Shown one piece after another: positions 10,467 through 20,910 of a stretch of DNA of 64,000 nucleotides; position 1 is the stretch's first letter; the number at the start of each line of letters is the position of its first letter. Both the position numbers and the translations under genes were made by a program. The stretch is from Candidatus Latescibacterota bacterium (GTDB taxonomy: Bacteria; Latescibacterota; UBA2968; UBA8231): contig CBDCDC010000002.1 in NCBI GenBank assembly GCA_965215195.1, positions 32,001-96,000 of the forward strand, written 5' to 3'. The notes under the pieces are model-generated. The model was not told the origin of the DNA and did not search any database. It saw only the letters and a list, made by a program, of their open reading frames with translations.

Positions 10467-11986
10467 TCGGTATTGTTGCCCTGTAGGCGATTGAAAATAT
10501 CCACGCTGTCGTTGTACAGTGCCAAACTGACATCATCGTAGTCGGTGGGATAGAGGCCGGTTTCCTCATCCAGCTTTATTTCCTTCACTACCGATCCCTT
10601 CGGGCGGCACTTCGGCTTGAACAGCCATGCACCCACTTGGTTGGAACGTAGCGCGAAATCACCTTGGGGGATCTTCTTTCGGCGAGCCTCGGGCAATTCG
10701 GAGCACCGCACGATGTTGCCGAGTTCCTCTAGCACCCACTCACTGTGCGTCGTGACGATTACTCTGACACCGGCGTGAATGAGTGCGGCGATTTGGCGGG
10801 TGAATTCGACCTGCATGGCCGGATGGAGGTGTGCTTCCGGCTCTTCGATGATCAGGGTCTCGCCGGGTTGAACGACATGGCGCAGATACAAGACCACTGG
10901 CGCGAGTTCCGACACCATGGACGAGGCGTTCATCAGGGGCAGGGAATTTTTCCATCCGGCGGGTTTATAGAAAAACTGCGGGTAGCCCATTGCCGATGTT
11001 TTGATTTGAACCAAGCCTGTGAGGAGCTCTTGCTCAAGGTGCTTGGCTAGAGCGTCCGCTCCGTTGCGCCGACGTTCCGAGAGATCGCCCAACTCGATGA
11101 GCTGCTCCAGAAAATCGATGACAACGCCGGAAAGATCTCTGCGAAGCCGAGGTTGAGAGGCGCGGTTGAGCAAGGAACTGACGAGTACGCGATGAGCGTG
11201 CATCACGCCCGTGCGGTCGGCGGGGAGATAATGAGCGGGGCGAATCATCGGGCCGAGGATGAAGGAAAGGACGGAGTTGGCAAGGTGCTCCGACACTACT
11301 CCCACGCCCTCTCCTCTGTTGTCTATATCATCGCGCCAGCGAAGGAGTCTCGAAGAGTAACCATACCTTCTCGGCGGTTTTTCGACCCGCAAAGGTGCTT
11401 CTTCGGGTATCGCAGTGATGAGCTGAGGTCCCGTCCGCGTCAGCGAAAGTGCGTATTTGAACGGTGCCGTATTGCCATCTTCTCCCAATCCGCTGCTTTG
11501 CAGGACCACCTCGGCATTATTGCTGCCCGGATGGCGAATCAAATCCTTTGTGCCATCTACACCGAAACACCTCGTGATTTCCTCAGCGAGTACTTCCTTA
11601 AAAAGACCATCGACGTTCCGGAGCAGCGGAAGCACCAAGTCTGTGACCGGAGCCGACAGAGCCACATTGTGCTCGTGGTTTTCTACTTCCCATGCTCGTA
11701 ACGCTTGTAGGATGCGCTCAAATTCGTTGTCGGGCAGGCGGTTAAATTCGTTGTCGGGCAGATCGAAATCATCAAGTGAGCCGTTTGTAATCGGCTGCAT
11801 TATAGGGTAAGGACCTGCCCTGAAAAACCGATGCAGCGCATAGATCAGGATCGCTAGATAGGATTTCCCCGTGTTGCTCGGCCCGACGAATACGGTCAGC
11901 GGACGCAGATCGATCTTGGCCTTGACGATCGGCCCGAAATTGGCCACTTCGAGTTCAAGTGCGTCTTGTGTGGTTAAGTCGTCCAT
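10463..11986 (-). CDS. AAA_15/AAA_21-type ABC-like ATPase
   Basis: GPSNTGKS Walker A, ASSMVSE, LIIEEPEAHLHP, TTHS. Confidence 0.88.
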   Translation of the reverse strand: MDDLTTQDALELEVANFGPIVKAKIDLRPLTVFVGPSNTGKSYLAILIYALHRFFRAGPYPIMQPITNGSLDDFDLPDNEFNRLPDNEFERILQALRAWEVENHEHNVALSAPVTDLVLPLLRNVDGLFKEVLAEEITRCFGVDGTKDLIRHPGSNNAEVVLQSSGLGEDGNTAPFKYALSLTRTGPQLITAIPEEAPLRVEKPPRRYGYSSRLLRWRDDIDNRGEGVGVVSEHLANSVLSFILGPMIRPAHYLPADRTGVMHAHRVLVSSLLNRASQPRLRRDLSGVVIDFLEQLIELGDLSERRRNGADALAKHLEQELLTGLVQIKTSAMGYPQFFYKPAGWKNSLPLMNASSMVSELAPVVLYLRHVVQPGETLIIEEPEAHLHPAMQVEFTRQIAALIHAGVRVIVTTHSEWVLEELGNIVRCSELPEARRKKIPQGDFALRSNQVGAWLFKPKCRPKGSVVKEIKLDEETGLYPTDYDDVSLALYNDSVDIFNRLQGNNTE

Positions 11987-12039
11987 ATCTTCACTCTCCG
12001 TTCCCGCACTAGCTCGGCTCGCCTGCACCCAGCTGCGCC

Positions 12040-12834
12040 TCAAACCCTTCCGGGAAAAGACCGTCCCCGCACCTGCTTAAAGGGCGGCATCTTGGGCGCG
12101 TCAGTGACCGCTGCGTCGCGCCAAGAAGTCGCACGCATGTAGTGTACGGCATAGCCCCTGCGCCGTGTGCCGGTGCGATTGGCATTGCTCTGATGCAGCG
12201 TCAGGCTGTGGTGGAAGCTGATGCTGCCGGGGCCGAGGGGAGCGGGCCGGATGGGCCACCCGCCGCTTGCCAGATCCGCGACAAAAGGGGCCAAGCGCTC
12301 GCCCCGCAACATGCCCCAGCGGTGGGTGCCCGGGGCAAAGTTGAGGCAGCCGTTGTCGAGGGTGGCCGCGTCAATGGCGGTCCAGGCGGTGACCAAGTCC
12401 ATGGGGAAAATATCGCGCCAAGAGGCCGAATCTTGATGCCAGCCCTGCGCCGTGCCGGTGCGCGGAGCTTTCATAAAGAGCTGGTCGCCGTACATTTTGA
12501 TGTCGTCGGTGCCGAGCAAATCGGCGGCGATGGCGGCGATTTTGGGGTGGGTGACGTGGGCCCACATCACGTCGTCGTACACCGCTACGTTGTACAATTT
12601 GCGCACGGCCAGCACTTGGTCGGTGACGGCTTTTTCGCCGCGGCGGAAGACGGGTTCGAGCTGGATGCTAGTATCGGGAATGTGATCTAGCGCACCGGTG
12701 GCGATGCGGTCGGTGTGGGCCGCTAAAACGGCGACCTCGTCCGGGGTCAGCACATCTTCGACAGTCAGGCAACCGTCGAGGTGGAAGCGCTCGACTTGGG
12801 CGGGGGTGAGGTGGCGCAGGTTTTGCCGGGTCAC
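12040..12834 (-). CDS. Phytanoyl-CoA dioxygenase (PhyH) family
   Basis: WHQD, DNGCL..PGTH and HQS..N motifs. Confidence 0.9.
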   Translation of the reverse strand: MTRQNLRHLTPAQVERFHLDGCLTVEDVLTPDEVAVLAAHTDRIATGALDHIPDTSIQLEPVFRRGEKAVTDQVLAVRKLYNVAVYDDVMWAHVTHPKIAAIAADLLGTDDIKMYGDQLFMKAPRTGTAQGWHQDSASWRDIFPMDLVTAWTAIDAATLDNGCLNFAPGTHRWGMLRGERLAPFVADLASGGWPIRPAPLGPGSISFHHSLTLHQSNANRTGTRRRGYAVHYMRATSWRDAAVTDAPKMPPFKQVRGRSFPGRV

Positions 12835-12907
12835 GGGACGGTCTCCTCCTTCAATGATTAGTGGTCAGTCCCTTGGGGCTGGCGGTGCGGGGGCAGACCA
12901 CCGGCCA

Positions 12908-13786
12908 CTAGTAATTCTCCGCCCACGCTTTGAGCGGGATGTCCTCGTCTTTGGGCCGCCAATAGCGCGACACCGGCAGCACCAAGGGGTCGTCGCCCGC
13001 ATAAGCCGTGCTGCCGGTGCCCAACTCGCCCAAAAGCTGACGCCGCACTGGGTCGCATCCTTGCAAAACTTCCGGGGCTTGGTGCTCGTAATCCGAGGGG
13101 CGGATCCAGCGGTGCTGATAGCCGTAGTACAGGCATTTGCGCGGCTGGTCGGACAGATTGGGGGTCAAGCAGTGGTACAAGGCCGTGCGCCATACCAGCG
13201 CAGTGCCGGGGACGACGTTGACTTCGACCATGCGCGCGGGATCGACGCGGCGCGTACCATGCTCGTCAATCCAAGGCGACTGGCGATGGCTGCCGCGCAC
13301 GACGCAAATGGCCCCGCTCAAAGGTTGGGTCAGGTCGGTCAAATAATAGCCGACTTTCATCTCCATAAACGGCAGCACCCCATTGACGGCAGGCCAGCCG
13401 TAGTCGGGGCCGTCGGCGTGCCAAGGGAAAAAACTGTCCGGGGCACCCAACTCGTGCTCCCCGTCGGCTGGATCCTGCGGCGGGCGCACATCGAGGTGCG
13501 ACGTGCGGAGCTGGATATTGTAGCCCATTAGGTCCACGACCAGCGGCAAAATGGGCGGATAGTCGATCAATTCCTTAAAGAGGGAGTCGGCCGCGATATT
13601 GCGCATTTGAAAGGCTTGGCCGGGACCGAGATTGCGCTCTCGGCAGTAGCGGTCGTACAACTCGTCGAGCCGTTGCAACAGGGCGGCGATGCGGTCCGGC
13701 GGCAGGGCGTCTTCGACGAGGAAAAAGCCGTCTTCGTCGAACTGCCGCTGTTGTTCGGGGGTGATTTTTAAGGGGGTTTTGCTCAT
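12908..13786 (-). CDS. PhyH family dioxygenase
   Basis: QFDEDGF, WHAD, VRGSH. Confidence 0.88.
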   Translation of the reverse strand: MSKTPLKITPEQQRQFDEDGFFLVEDALPPDRIAALLQRLDELYDRYCRERNLGPGQAFQMRNIAADSLFKELIDYPPILPLVVDLMGYNIQLRTSHLDVRPPQDPADGEHELGAPDSFFPWHADGPDYGWPAVNGVLPFMEMKVGYYLTDLTQPLSGAICVVRGSHRQSPWIDEHGTRRVDPARMVEVNVVPGTALVWRTALYHCLTPNLSDQPRKCLYYGYQHRWIRPSDYEHQAPEVLQGCDPVRRQLLGELGTGSTAYAGDDPLVLPVSRYWRPKDEDIPLKAWAENY

Positions 13787-13791
13787 TGACG

Positions 13792-13914
13792 CTACTTCCA
13801 CAGGCAAAAGCCGCCATCGACCACCAGATTGTGTCCGGTGATATAGTCGGCCGCGGGCGAGGCCAAAATCACCACGGCAACTTGGCCGCTCAAGTCGAAA
13901 AGTTCTGTGCTCAT
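13792..13914 (-). pseudogene. SDR oxidoreductase collapsed by internal deletion (40 aa)
   Basis: Manual translation MSTELFDLSGQVAVV|ILASPAADYITGHNLVVDGGFCLWK* is an SDR N-terminus fused to an SDR C-terminus; AGGAG RBS upstream. Confidence 0.8.
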
Positions 13915-13961
13915 GGGGATGCTCCTAACGCCGGGCAATATAGGCGTCTAAAGGGGGAGAA

Positions 13962-15389
13962 TCAATTAGACGGAGGCTCCCAGCGGCATTGGTCGGGCGC
14001 GTTGGTCTGCTCGGCCCAGGCGCGGATCAAATCGATATCCGCTTGCTGCGCCTGTAGCCGCGCTGCGACCCGGGCCGGATCCCAGCCGTCCAAGACCAGT
14101 TCGGTCAACTCGGCCACCAACGCCCGGCATTCTGGCGCGGCGGCCCGGTCCACTCGCTCGTGGGGATCGTCTGCTAGGTTGAACAACTGGGGCCGCTCCC
14201 GCCAGTGGTAGATCAGCTTCCACGGCCCGCGCCGCACCATGCGCTGCACTGGGCCCTCGCGCAGGGCGTATTCCGAAAAGGCCGTATCCGACCAATCGCC
14301 TCGGCCCGTGCGCAGCAATTCCAACGCCGACCGGCCCGGTGAATTGGGTAGGGGTGGGGCCCCCAAGGCTTGGAGCATGGTGGCGTTGAGGTCCAAGGCG
14401 CTCATGACCCGGGCGCATTGCGTCCCAGCCGGCAAGACGCCGGGCCAGCAGACAATGGCCGGCACTTTGACCGACTCTTCGTAAAAAGTCCGCTTCATCC
14501 ACAAGTCGTGCTCGCCGACCAAATCGCCGTGATCCGAGCTGTACACCACCAGCGTATTGTCGGCCAAGTCATTTTCCCGCAGGGCCGTTAAAATGCGGCC
14601 GATCATGCCGTCCATTGCGGCGACCAAGGCCCAATAGGCGGCCCGGGCGTTGAGCACCCATTCCTCGGGCACCGCCTGCAAATCGCCGTGGGCCCGCCAC
14701 CAGCGGATCGCCGGATGGAGGTGCTCGCCAAAAGGCTCGCGCACGGCCGGCGGTCGAATTTTCGCTCGGTAGTAATCGTACAGGGGTCGCCGCGCCAAAT
14801 AGGGAGAATGCGGCAGCATAAAGCCGATGCTGAGGCTGAAGGGGCCTGCGGCTCGACCGGCGCGCTGTTGCACTCCGAGTCGATTTAGAAAGTACACGGC
14901 TGCTGCCGCAACGTCCTCGTCGTGTACTTGATATGCGCTCTGTCCCGGCCCGGCCTGCTCCAGATTCCCGCGGCCAATGGCCGGGGCCAGCCCCGAGCCG
15001 GGCCAATTGGAGCCGTGGTCGCCCACCGGCCTTTCGACATAGCCGTGCAATTGGTCGGGGCCGATTGAGTGCATGCGGCCGATCAGCACGGGCCGGTATC
15101 CGGCTGCGCCCATGGCGTGGGCCATGGTCGGCACCCCGGAATCGAGGATCTGACTGTTGGTCCACACCTCGATGTCGCTGGGGTAGCGCCCGGCGAGCAT
15201 GGCCATGCGCGAGGCCACGCACACCGGCGACGGGCAGTACACTTGGGTGCATTGTACGCCCTCGGCGGCGAGGCGGTCCAAATGCGGGGTCTCGACTATT
15301 GGATCGCCGGCGCAGCCTAGGACGTAGGGATTGTGCTGGTCGGAGTGGATGTAGAGTAGGTTGGGGCGCGGGTCGGGCGATTGCTGCAT
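13962..15389 (-). CDS. Sulfatase (choline-sulfatase-like)
   Basis: PNLLYIHSDQH, CVASR (CxxxR), SDHG. Confidence 0.9.
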   Translation of the reverse strand: MQQSPDPRPNLLYIHSDQHNPYVLGCAGDPIVETPHLDRLAAEGVQCTQVYCPSPVCVASRMAMLAGRYPSDIEVWTNSQILDSGVPTMAHAMGAAGYRPVLIGRMHSIGPDQLHGYVERPVGDHGSNWPGSGLAPAIGRGNLEQAGPGQSAYQVHDEDVAAAAVYFLNRLGVQQRAGRAAGPFSLSIGFMLPHSPYLARRPLYDYYRAKIRPPAVREPFGEHLHPAIRWWRAHGDLQAVPEEWVLNARAAYWALVAAMDGMIGRILTALRENDLADNTLVVYSSDHGDLVGEHDLWMKRTFYEESVKVPAIVCWPGVLPAGTQCARVMSALDLNATMLQALGAPPLPNSPGRSALELLRTGRGDWSDTAFSEYALREGPVQRMVRRGPWKLIYHWRERPQLFNLADDPHERVDRAAAPECRALVAELTELVLDGWDPARVAARLQAQQADIDLIRAWAEQTNAPDQCRWEPPSN

Positions 15390-15436
15390 GGGGCGTTCTC
15401 CTGTTGACAGTTCGGGCGGAGTCTCCAGTCCTTTGG

Positions 15437-15703
15437 CTATCCTTTCGTCGCCTGCTGAATTTCAGCCAGAGTTGGCTCATCCCCAGGCTGCGTTTTTTTT
15501 AGAAAAGCTCCGAATTTAGCAGTCGCGAGATCGGGATTTTTTTCACTCAGACGACTTTTCATCCACTCGATAGTTTCATCCTGTTGGACAGCCGCTTGCA
15601 GCCAATAGTTTACCAAACTGTTAAAAGACATGTTTTTCTTTTTAGCCAGCCGCATCGCTTTGTCCTTTAGCTCATCTGGCAATCGCACAGAAATCGCGCT
15701 CAT
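15437..15703 (-). CDS. Ribbon-helix-helix antitoxin-like protein
   Basis: ISVRLPDELKDKAMRLA..SFNSLV; coupled to the PIN gene. Confidence 0.7.
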   Translation of the reverse strand: MSAISVRLPDELKDKAMRLAKKKNMSFNSLVNYWLQAAVQQDETIEWMKSRLSEKNPDLATAKFGAFLKKTQPGDEPTLAEIQQATKG

Positions 15704-15945
15704 GGTCTTTCTCCATCGGCTATAGATACAGATCGCAGAACTGTTGAGGGGTCAAAAATTAATTTGAGAATGCTTCTTCTTGTTAAGACCGATTCATATT
15801 CAAGATACAGTTTTTGTGTTAAAGCCAAGGGAATGGTTGCCTGTTGGATGTTCTGAAGCATTTTGAAACTAGGAGAGTCTGCGCGGCGACATAGCCCGGC
15901 GACAAGCACATTTGTATCGAGAACGACTAGCGGCAGCGTTGCCAA
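15700..15945 (-). pseudogene. PIN-domain toxin, apparently truncated (~81 aa)
   Basis: VVLDTNVLVAGL...LYLEYESVL; lacks the C-terminal acidic PIN motif. Confidence 0.6.
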
Positions 15946-15956
15946 ATTGTCATTCC

Positions 15957-17093
15957 TTAAGCGATGGTCTGAAGAGACAGCCGCGCCCAGCGCACTTCCA
16001 TGCAGGCGTCGTCGCCGGCGTAATAGACGACCACGACGTCGCCGTTGGGCAGGGCTGCTGAAAAGGGCAAGCCAAAACTCCACAGGCCCATTTCGGCCAG
16101 CAGGTCGCCGGTGTCCCCTTGGCCGGCAGCCGTTTGCGGGGATTCGGCGGTTTGGCGGTACAGTTCTACTTGGGTAGCCGCGGCAAAGGGGGCGTCTGCG
16201 GCCGGGGCTAGGCGGGCGCGGATCGAGCGCGATTGAAAGCGATCGACATAGGCCAAGACCACGCGGCCGTCGGGCAAAATGGCCGGATGCGCGGCTTGGT
16301 CGGCAAAACCGAGATCATCGGGGGCAGACCAAGCCGCGCCTTCGTCCGCGCTGAGATGCCGCTGGATATTGAGGTACTGGGTCGTCTGCCGGTCGTAGGT
16401 CCAAGTGAAGGTGACCACGCGGCCGTCGGGGCAGACGCCGGCGCGCTGGTCCCAGTTGAAGATGCGGCCGGTGGGGTCTTGGCAGGTGGTGACGGGATCG
16501 CCCCAGGTCTGGCCCTAATCTTCGGAGTACAAGTACACCACCCGTTGCCGCCACTGGCCCCGGTCTTCATAGGTTTTATTGGTCTCGATGCTCAAGGCCA
16601 GCCGGCCGCTGGGCAGGACGAGTACCGGGTTGGTCAGGCTGGGCGGGCCAACGTCCGGGGGGACGGGCACGACGCGCCAGTCGGACCAAGTGCGCCCTAG
16701 GTCGTGAGAATCGGCCAAGACGATCTCCATGGGCAGGCATCCCTCGGTCTCGTCGTTGAAAAGGGGTTGGCCCGGATAGGTCTGGCGGTCCACCCACAGA
16801 GCGGCCAGCACCAAGTGGCCGCTGCCCAAGTCGGTGATATAGCCCACCCGGAGCGAGCCGTTCAGCCCGTTCAAGGTGGTGGCAAAAGGGGATTCGGGGG
16901 CGGTCCACGATTGCCCGCCATCGTCCGAGCGCTTGAGTTCGAGGGTGCCGTCCACCGAATCCTTGCTGCTGCCGACGCGGTAGCTGGCCAGCAGCGAGCC
17001 GTCGGCCAGCGGGGCGAGCGCGGGAAAGGTCGAAAAGGCCCGTCGCGTGTTTGGCTGGCCGCGGTTGATGATGCCTTGATCGCTAATTTTCAT
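15957..17093 (-). pseudogene. Sialidase/BNR Asp-box protein with in-frame TAG at 16515-16517
   Basis: Asp-boxes SDDGGQSW, SHDLGRTW, SED*GQTW, SADEGAAW; both ORF pieces are in the same frame. Confidence 0.85.
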
Positions 17094-17182
17094 TTTGACG
17101 CTCCAAGGTAGTCGCTTCTCATTGTTGGGTATAATAGCGATACTTGGGCTGTCGGGAAAACGCCTTGCAGAGGAGAACGGCC

Positions 17183-18367
17183 ATGCAGCAACCCCATTAC
17201 AATAAAGACCTAGACGTCCGCCAGATAGGGCCGGAGGATTTACCCCGTGCTCGCTTGGTGGCCGGACGCGCCTTTATGGAACACACCGAAGATTGGTACG
17301 GAGAGGATGAGACGACGCTGGCCGGCTTTGATCGGGCGGGGACTTTGGTGTGCGCCTTGGCCTATCAGCGCGAATCCCTGTGGTGGGGCGCGGCGCAGAT
17401 TCCGGCCGGGGCCATCGGCGCGGTGGCCACGGATCCCGAGCACAAGCGGCGCGGTCACGCTGGTGGACTCATAGTGCGGGCCATTCACCTACTGCGGGAA
17501 CGCGGTTGCTGTATCACGCCGCTGTGGCCTTTTTCCTTTAAGTGGTACGGCAAATTCGGTTGGGCTTGTCCGGCGCCGAGGTTGGAACTGCAAGTATGGC
17601 CGGATCTGGTGCGCCAAGCTACGGCCGAGGCCGGGACAGTGCGGCGGGCGACTGCGGACGATGCGACCGCCGTGCATCGGCTGTACAGCGAGGGGGCGCA
17701 ATTGCGCAATGGGCAGTCGGTGCGCTCGGAAGCGTTCTGGCAAAAAGAGGAGATGCAGCGCGAGCTTTGGGTGCTGGAGGGGGACGGTGAGAGCGTGGAC
17801 TGCTCCGCCCTAGTCATACTAGGGGATATGGGACGCGCCGAGGGCAAACGCATTACTGTGCGGGAGCTGCACGGGGCTTCTTTCGCCGCCCAATTGAAAT
17901 TCGTGCGGTCCTTGGCCGATATGGATGGGGTAGCCGCCCTGAGACTTGAGTTGCCGCCTGACAGCTTGTTGCTCCACGCTTTTCCAGAGCGCTTTGATGG
18001 TTCCGTTGAGCACGACTTGGCGCTGCGGGTCTTGGACGTGGCCCAGGCCTTAGCGCATCTCAAGCCGCCTGAAAATTTGCGGGCGACGGTTGCGTTTGAA
18101 GTGGCCGATTGGGTGGTGAATGCCGACGAGCCGCTGGCCGTAAAAGTGCAGGCCGAAGGGGGGCAGGTGCAGGTCGCGGCCAAGGCCGACAAAGACGCGC
18201 TGCGCTGCGACATTAACACCTTTACGCAATTGTTTGCCGGCGGCTTGACCGTGGCTCAAGCGCGGGCCATGGGGCGTTTGAGCGGCGGCAATCCAGCGGT
18301 GGGGACAGCCTGCGCTGCACTGCTGCACGGGCGCGTACCCTACCGCTCGGATGTCGAAGTGGGGTAG
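17183..18367 (+). CDS. GNAT acetyltransferase, Eis-like (C-terminal SCP2-like)
   Basis: GAVATDPEHKRRGHAG, WYGKFGW, LRVLDVAQAL. Confidence 0.85.
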   Translation: MQQPHYNKDLDVRQIGPEDLPRARLVAGRAFMEHTEDWYGEDETTLAGFDRAGTLVCALAYQRESLWWGAAQIPAGAIGAVATDPEHKRRGHAGGLIVRAIHLLRERGCCITPLWPFSFKWYGKFGWACPAPRLELQVWPDLVRQATAEAGTVRRATADDATAVHRLYSEGAQLRNGQSVRSEAFWQKEEMQRELWVLEGDGESVDCSALVILGDMGRAEGKRITVRELHGASFAAQLKFVRSLADMDGVAALRLELPPDSLLLHAFPERFDGSVEHDLALRVLDVAQALAHLKPPENLRATVAFEVADWVVNADEPLAVKVQAEGGQVQVAAKADKDALRCDINTFTQLFAGGLTVAQARAMGRLSGGNPAVGTACAALLHGRVPYRSDVEVG

Positions 18368-18397
18368 GGCTGGACGCATAGCGCGGGAGGAGAAATT

Positions 18398-18735
18398 ATG
18401 GCAGCGACCGTACTACACGACCCCAGCCCTCAGCCGGCCAAGGATCGAGGGCATCTTGCCCGCGGCGAGGGCGGGACGCCCTCGATCCCGCACCCAGCGG
18501 AAACCGCAGAAAAGGCGTACTCAAAGTAAGGGGCGCCTACTTTAGGGGTCGTGTACTAAGGGCAGCGACAGAGAACCACCTGCGGCAATACCGCGAAGAA
18601 GGCTATGGCCTAGTCAAAGAATTGATCCCGGCCGCTCGCCAGCGCACCATGGAAATAGCCGGGGCCATACCCGACTGGTCGGCAAGGCATTTGACGCGGC
18701 GGGCATTTTTCCCCGCATCAGACCGCTATAGCTGA
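18398..18735 (+). pseudogene. PhyH-like gene remnant interrupted by the MITE
   Basis: GGAGG RBS + ATG 18398; removing the MITE gives MAATENHLRQYREEGYGLVKELIP... Confidence 0.6.
18409..18560. mobile_element. 152-bp MITE with 16-bp TIRs and 9-bp target duplication GGCAGCGAC
   Basis: CGTACTACACGACCCC...GGGGTCGTGTACTAAG; same-length copy at 34568-34719. Confidence 0.8.
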
Positions 18736-18829
18736 GTGTTCATCCTTCAATCCAACGGCCTAGCAGTTCGCTTGACAGACAGGCGTTAAGTAATAGTTTG
18801 GAACTAATAATTCCAAAAAAGAAGAAAAA

Positions 18830-19993
18830 ATGGAAATTAAGAGGCGATTTTTCGAGGCATCGGAAACCAGCTTCTTCCTTTTCGGTCCGCGCGGCACAGG
18901 TAAATCGACTTGGCTGCATGCTCATTTGCAGGACGCCTTGCTGGTGGATCTGCTCGCGCCAGAGACGTATCGGCTCTATGCGGCCCGTCCCGAACGGCTG
19001 CGCGAGCTCATCGCCGGCCATCCCGCCAAGGACACCGTCATCATCGACGAGGTGCAAAAGCTCCCCGCGTTGCTGGACGTGGTCCACCAGCTCATTGAGC
19101 AGCACCGGTCGCTCAGGTTTGTCCTCACCGGCTCCAGTGCGAGAAAACTCAAGCGCACCGGGATTGACCTACTGGCTGGCCGAGCCGTGCTCAAGACCAT
19201 GCACCCCTTTCTGGCTGCTGAATTAGGAGCTGCTTTTGACCTAGAGTGCGCCCTGCGCTTTGGGCTTGTGCCCTTGGTCGTGGATTCTGCATCTGCCGCA
19301 GAGGTGCTCGGAGCGTATGCCGCTCTTTACTTGCGAGAAGAAGTCCAGATGGAGGGCTTGGTGCGCAACGTCGGCAATTTCTCGCGCTTTTTGGAAGCCA
19401 TCAGCTTTTCGCATGGATCGGTGCTGAGTGTTTCCGCGGTCGCGAGGGAGTGCCAGGTTGAGCGGAAAACTGTCGAGGGGTACATCGACATTTTGGAGGA
19501 TCTGTTGTTGTGCTTTCGGGTGCCGGTGTTTGCCAAGCGGGCCAAAAGGCACCTGATCGCCCATCCCAAGTTCTACTTTTTCGATGCCGGCGTCTTCAGA
19601 TCGCTGCGGCCGTCCGGCCCGCTCGATCGCCCGGAAGAAATCCACGGCAGCGCCCTAGAGGGACTGGTGGCCCAGCATCTGCGGGCTTGGAACGCGTACG
19701 GCGGCGAGCACTACGCCCTGTACTTTTGGCGCACCAAGTCCGGGAGAGAAGTCGACTTTGTCCTCTATGGGCCGGAAGGGTTCTGGGCCCTAGAAGTCAA
19801 AAACACCCGCACCATCCGCCCGAGCGATCTCAGCAGCCTGCGCGCTTTCAAACAAGACTATCCCGAAGCCGAGGCGTGTTTGCTGTATAGGGGAGACGAA
19901 CGGGTCGAGATACAGGAAATACGCTGCCTGCCCTGCGGCGAATTTTTGCAAGGGCTGGTGCCGGGGCGACCGTTGCTAGCCCACACTTATTGA
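18830..19993 (+). CDS. AAA_14/DUF4143 ATP-binding protein
   Basis: GPRGTGKST, IDEVQK, LTGSS, KFYFFDAG, EVDF..ALEVK. Confidence 0.9.
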   Translation: MEIKRRFFEASETSFFLFGPRGTGKSTWLHAHLQDALLVDLLAPETYRLYAARPERLRELIAGHPAKDTVIIDEVQKLPALLDVVHQLIEQHRSLRFVLTGSSARKLKRTGIDLLAGRAVLKTMHPFLAAELGAAFDLECALRFGLVPLVVDSASAAEVLGAYAALYLREEVQMEGLVRNVGNFSRFLEAISFSHGSVLSVSAVARECQVERKTVEGYIDILEDLLLCFRVPVFAKRAKRHLIAHPKFYFFDAGVFRSLRPSGPLDRPEEIHGSALEGLVAQHLRAWNAYGGEHYALYFWRTKSGREVDFVLYGPEGFWALEVKNTRTIRPSDLSSLRAFKQDYPEAEACLLYRGDERVEIQEIRCLPCGEFLQGLVPGRPLLAHTY

Positions 19994-20016
19994 CCTTTCA
20001 CACAGGAGCCTGCACC

Positions 20017-20910
20017 ATGGCCGATTCTACCTACCGCATCGCCCCGCCCGGCTTTACTGACGACGAGTGGGAAGCCTTCGACCGCGAGGGGATTCTTTTC
20101 TTTGCAGACGCCCTCGACCAAGAGGCCATTGGCGAACTCACGGCCGCTGTCGATCGCGTTTGCCAATCCAGCCCCAACTACCGGGCGGGGCAAACCTTCG
20201 GCTGCGAAAATATCGTCGAGCGCGATCCCGCCTTTGCCGCGCTCATTGACCACCCCCGCCACATTGGCTACGCCTACGACCTCTTCGGCGAATTGCTCAA
20301 GCTGCATCAGAGCCAGTTTTTTATTCGTCCGCCCGGCGGTGACCGCTACAATATCTGGCACCCAGACGGTGCCCGCGCCGTGCCGTACGGCACCTTCTCG
20401 CCCGATTTGCCGTTGCAAATCAAGATCGGCTTTTGGCTGACCGACCTGCCGCAGGCAAAAATGGGCAACCTAGTGGTCCTGCCCGGCAGCCACCGCGAGC
20501 AATACGTCGATGAGTACGACAGCCACGAGCCGATCGCCGGCGAGAAGGTGATCGGCCTGCGCAAGGGCACCATGACCGTCATGCACTCGAGCATCTGGCA
20601 CCGCGTCGAGCCCAACGAGAGCGACGTGGTGCGCAAGAATATCTTCTACGCCTACTGCCCGGCTTGGGTCACCCCAGCCGACCGCCTCCAGTCCGATCCC
20701 GCTTGGCTTGAGACCCTCAATCGCGAACAGCGCATCATCATGCGCTCCTACACCCACGCTTACCACAACGCCAAACCCCCGGCCTCCGACTTCCCGCTCT
20801 TCCTCGAGCGCGAGACCGGCTTGGACCGCGACCCGGACGCCTACCGCGACGATGTTGCGCTGCACCGCCGCAAACGCCGCACTTGGGCCGAGCGCAAGCG
20901 ATCCGCTTAG
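20017..20910 (+). CDS. PhyH family dioxygenase
   Basis: AFDREG, WHPD, VLPGSH, WH..EPN. Confidence 0.88.
   Translation: MADSTYRIAPPGFTDDEWEAFDREGILFFADALDQEAIGELTAAVDRVCQSSPNYRAGQTFGCENIVERDPAFAALIDHPRHIGYAYDLFGELLKLHQSQFFIRPPGGDRYNIWHPDGARAVPYGTFSPDLPLQIKIGFWLTDLPQAKMGNLVVLPGSHREQYVDEYDSHEPIAGEKVIGLRKGTMTVMHSSIWHRVEPNESDVVRKNIFYAYCPAWVTPADRLQSDPAWLETLNREQRIIMRSYTHAYHNAKPPASDFPLFLERETGLDRDPDAYRDDVALHRRKRRTWAERKRSA

Noticed and set aside
16515-16517. Amber recoding (pyrrolysine or alternative genetic code)
   Set aside because: Many genes in the window end correctly at TAG and no pyl genes are present.
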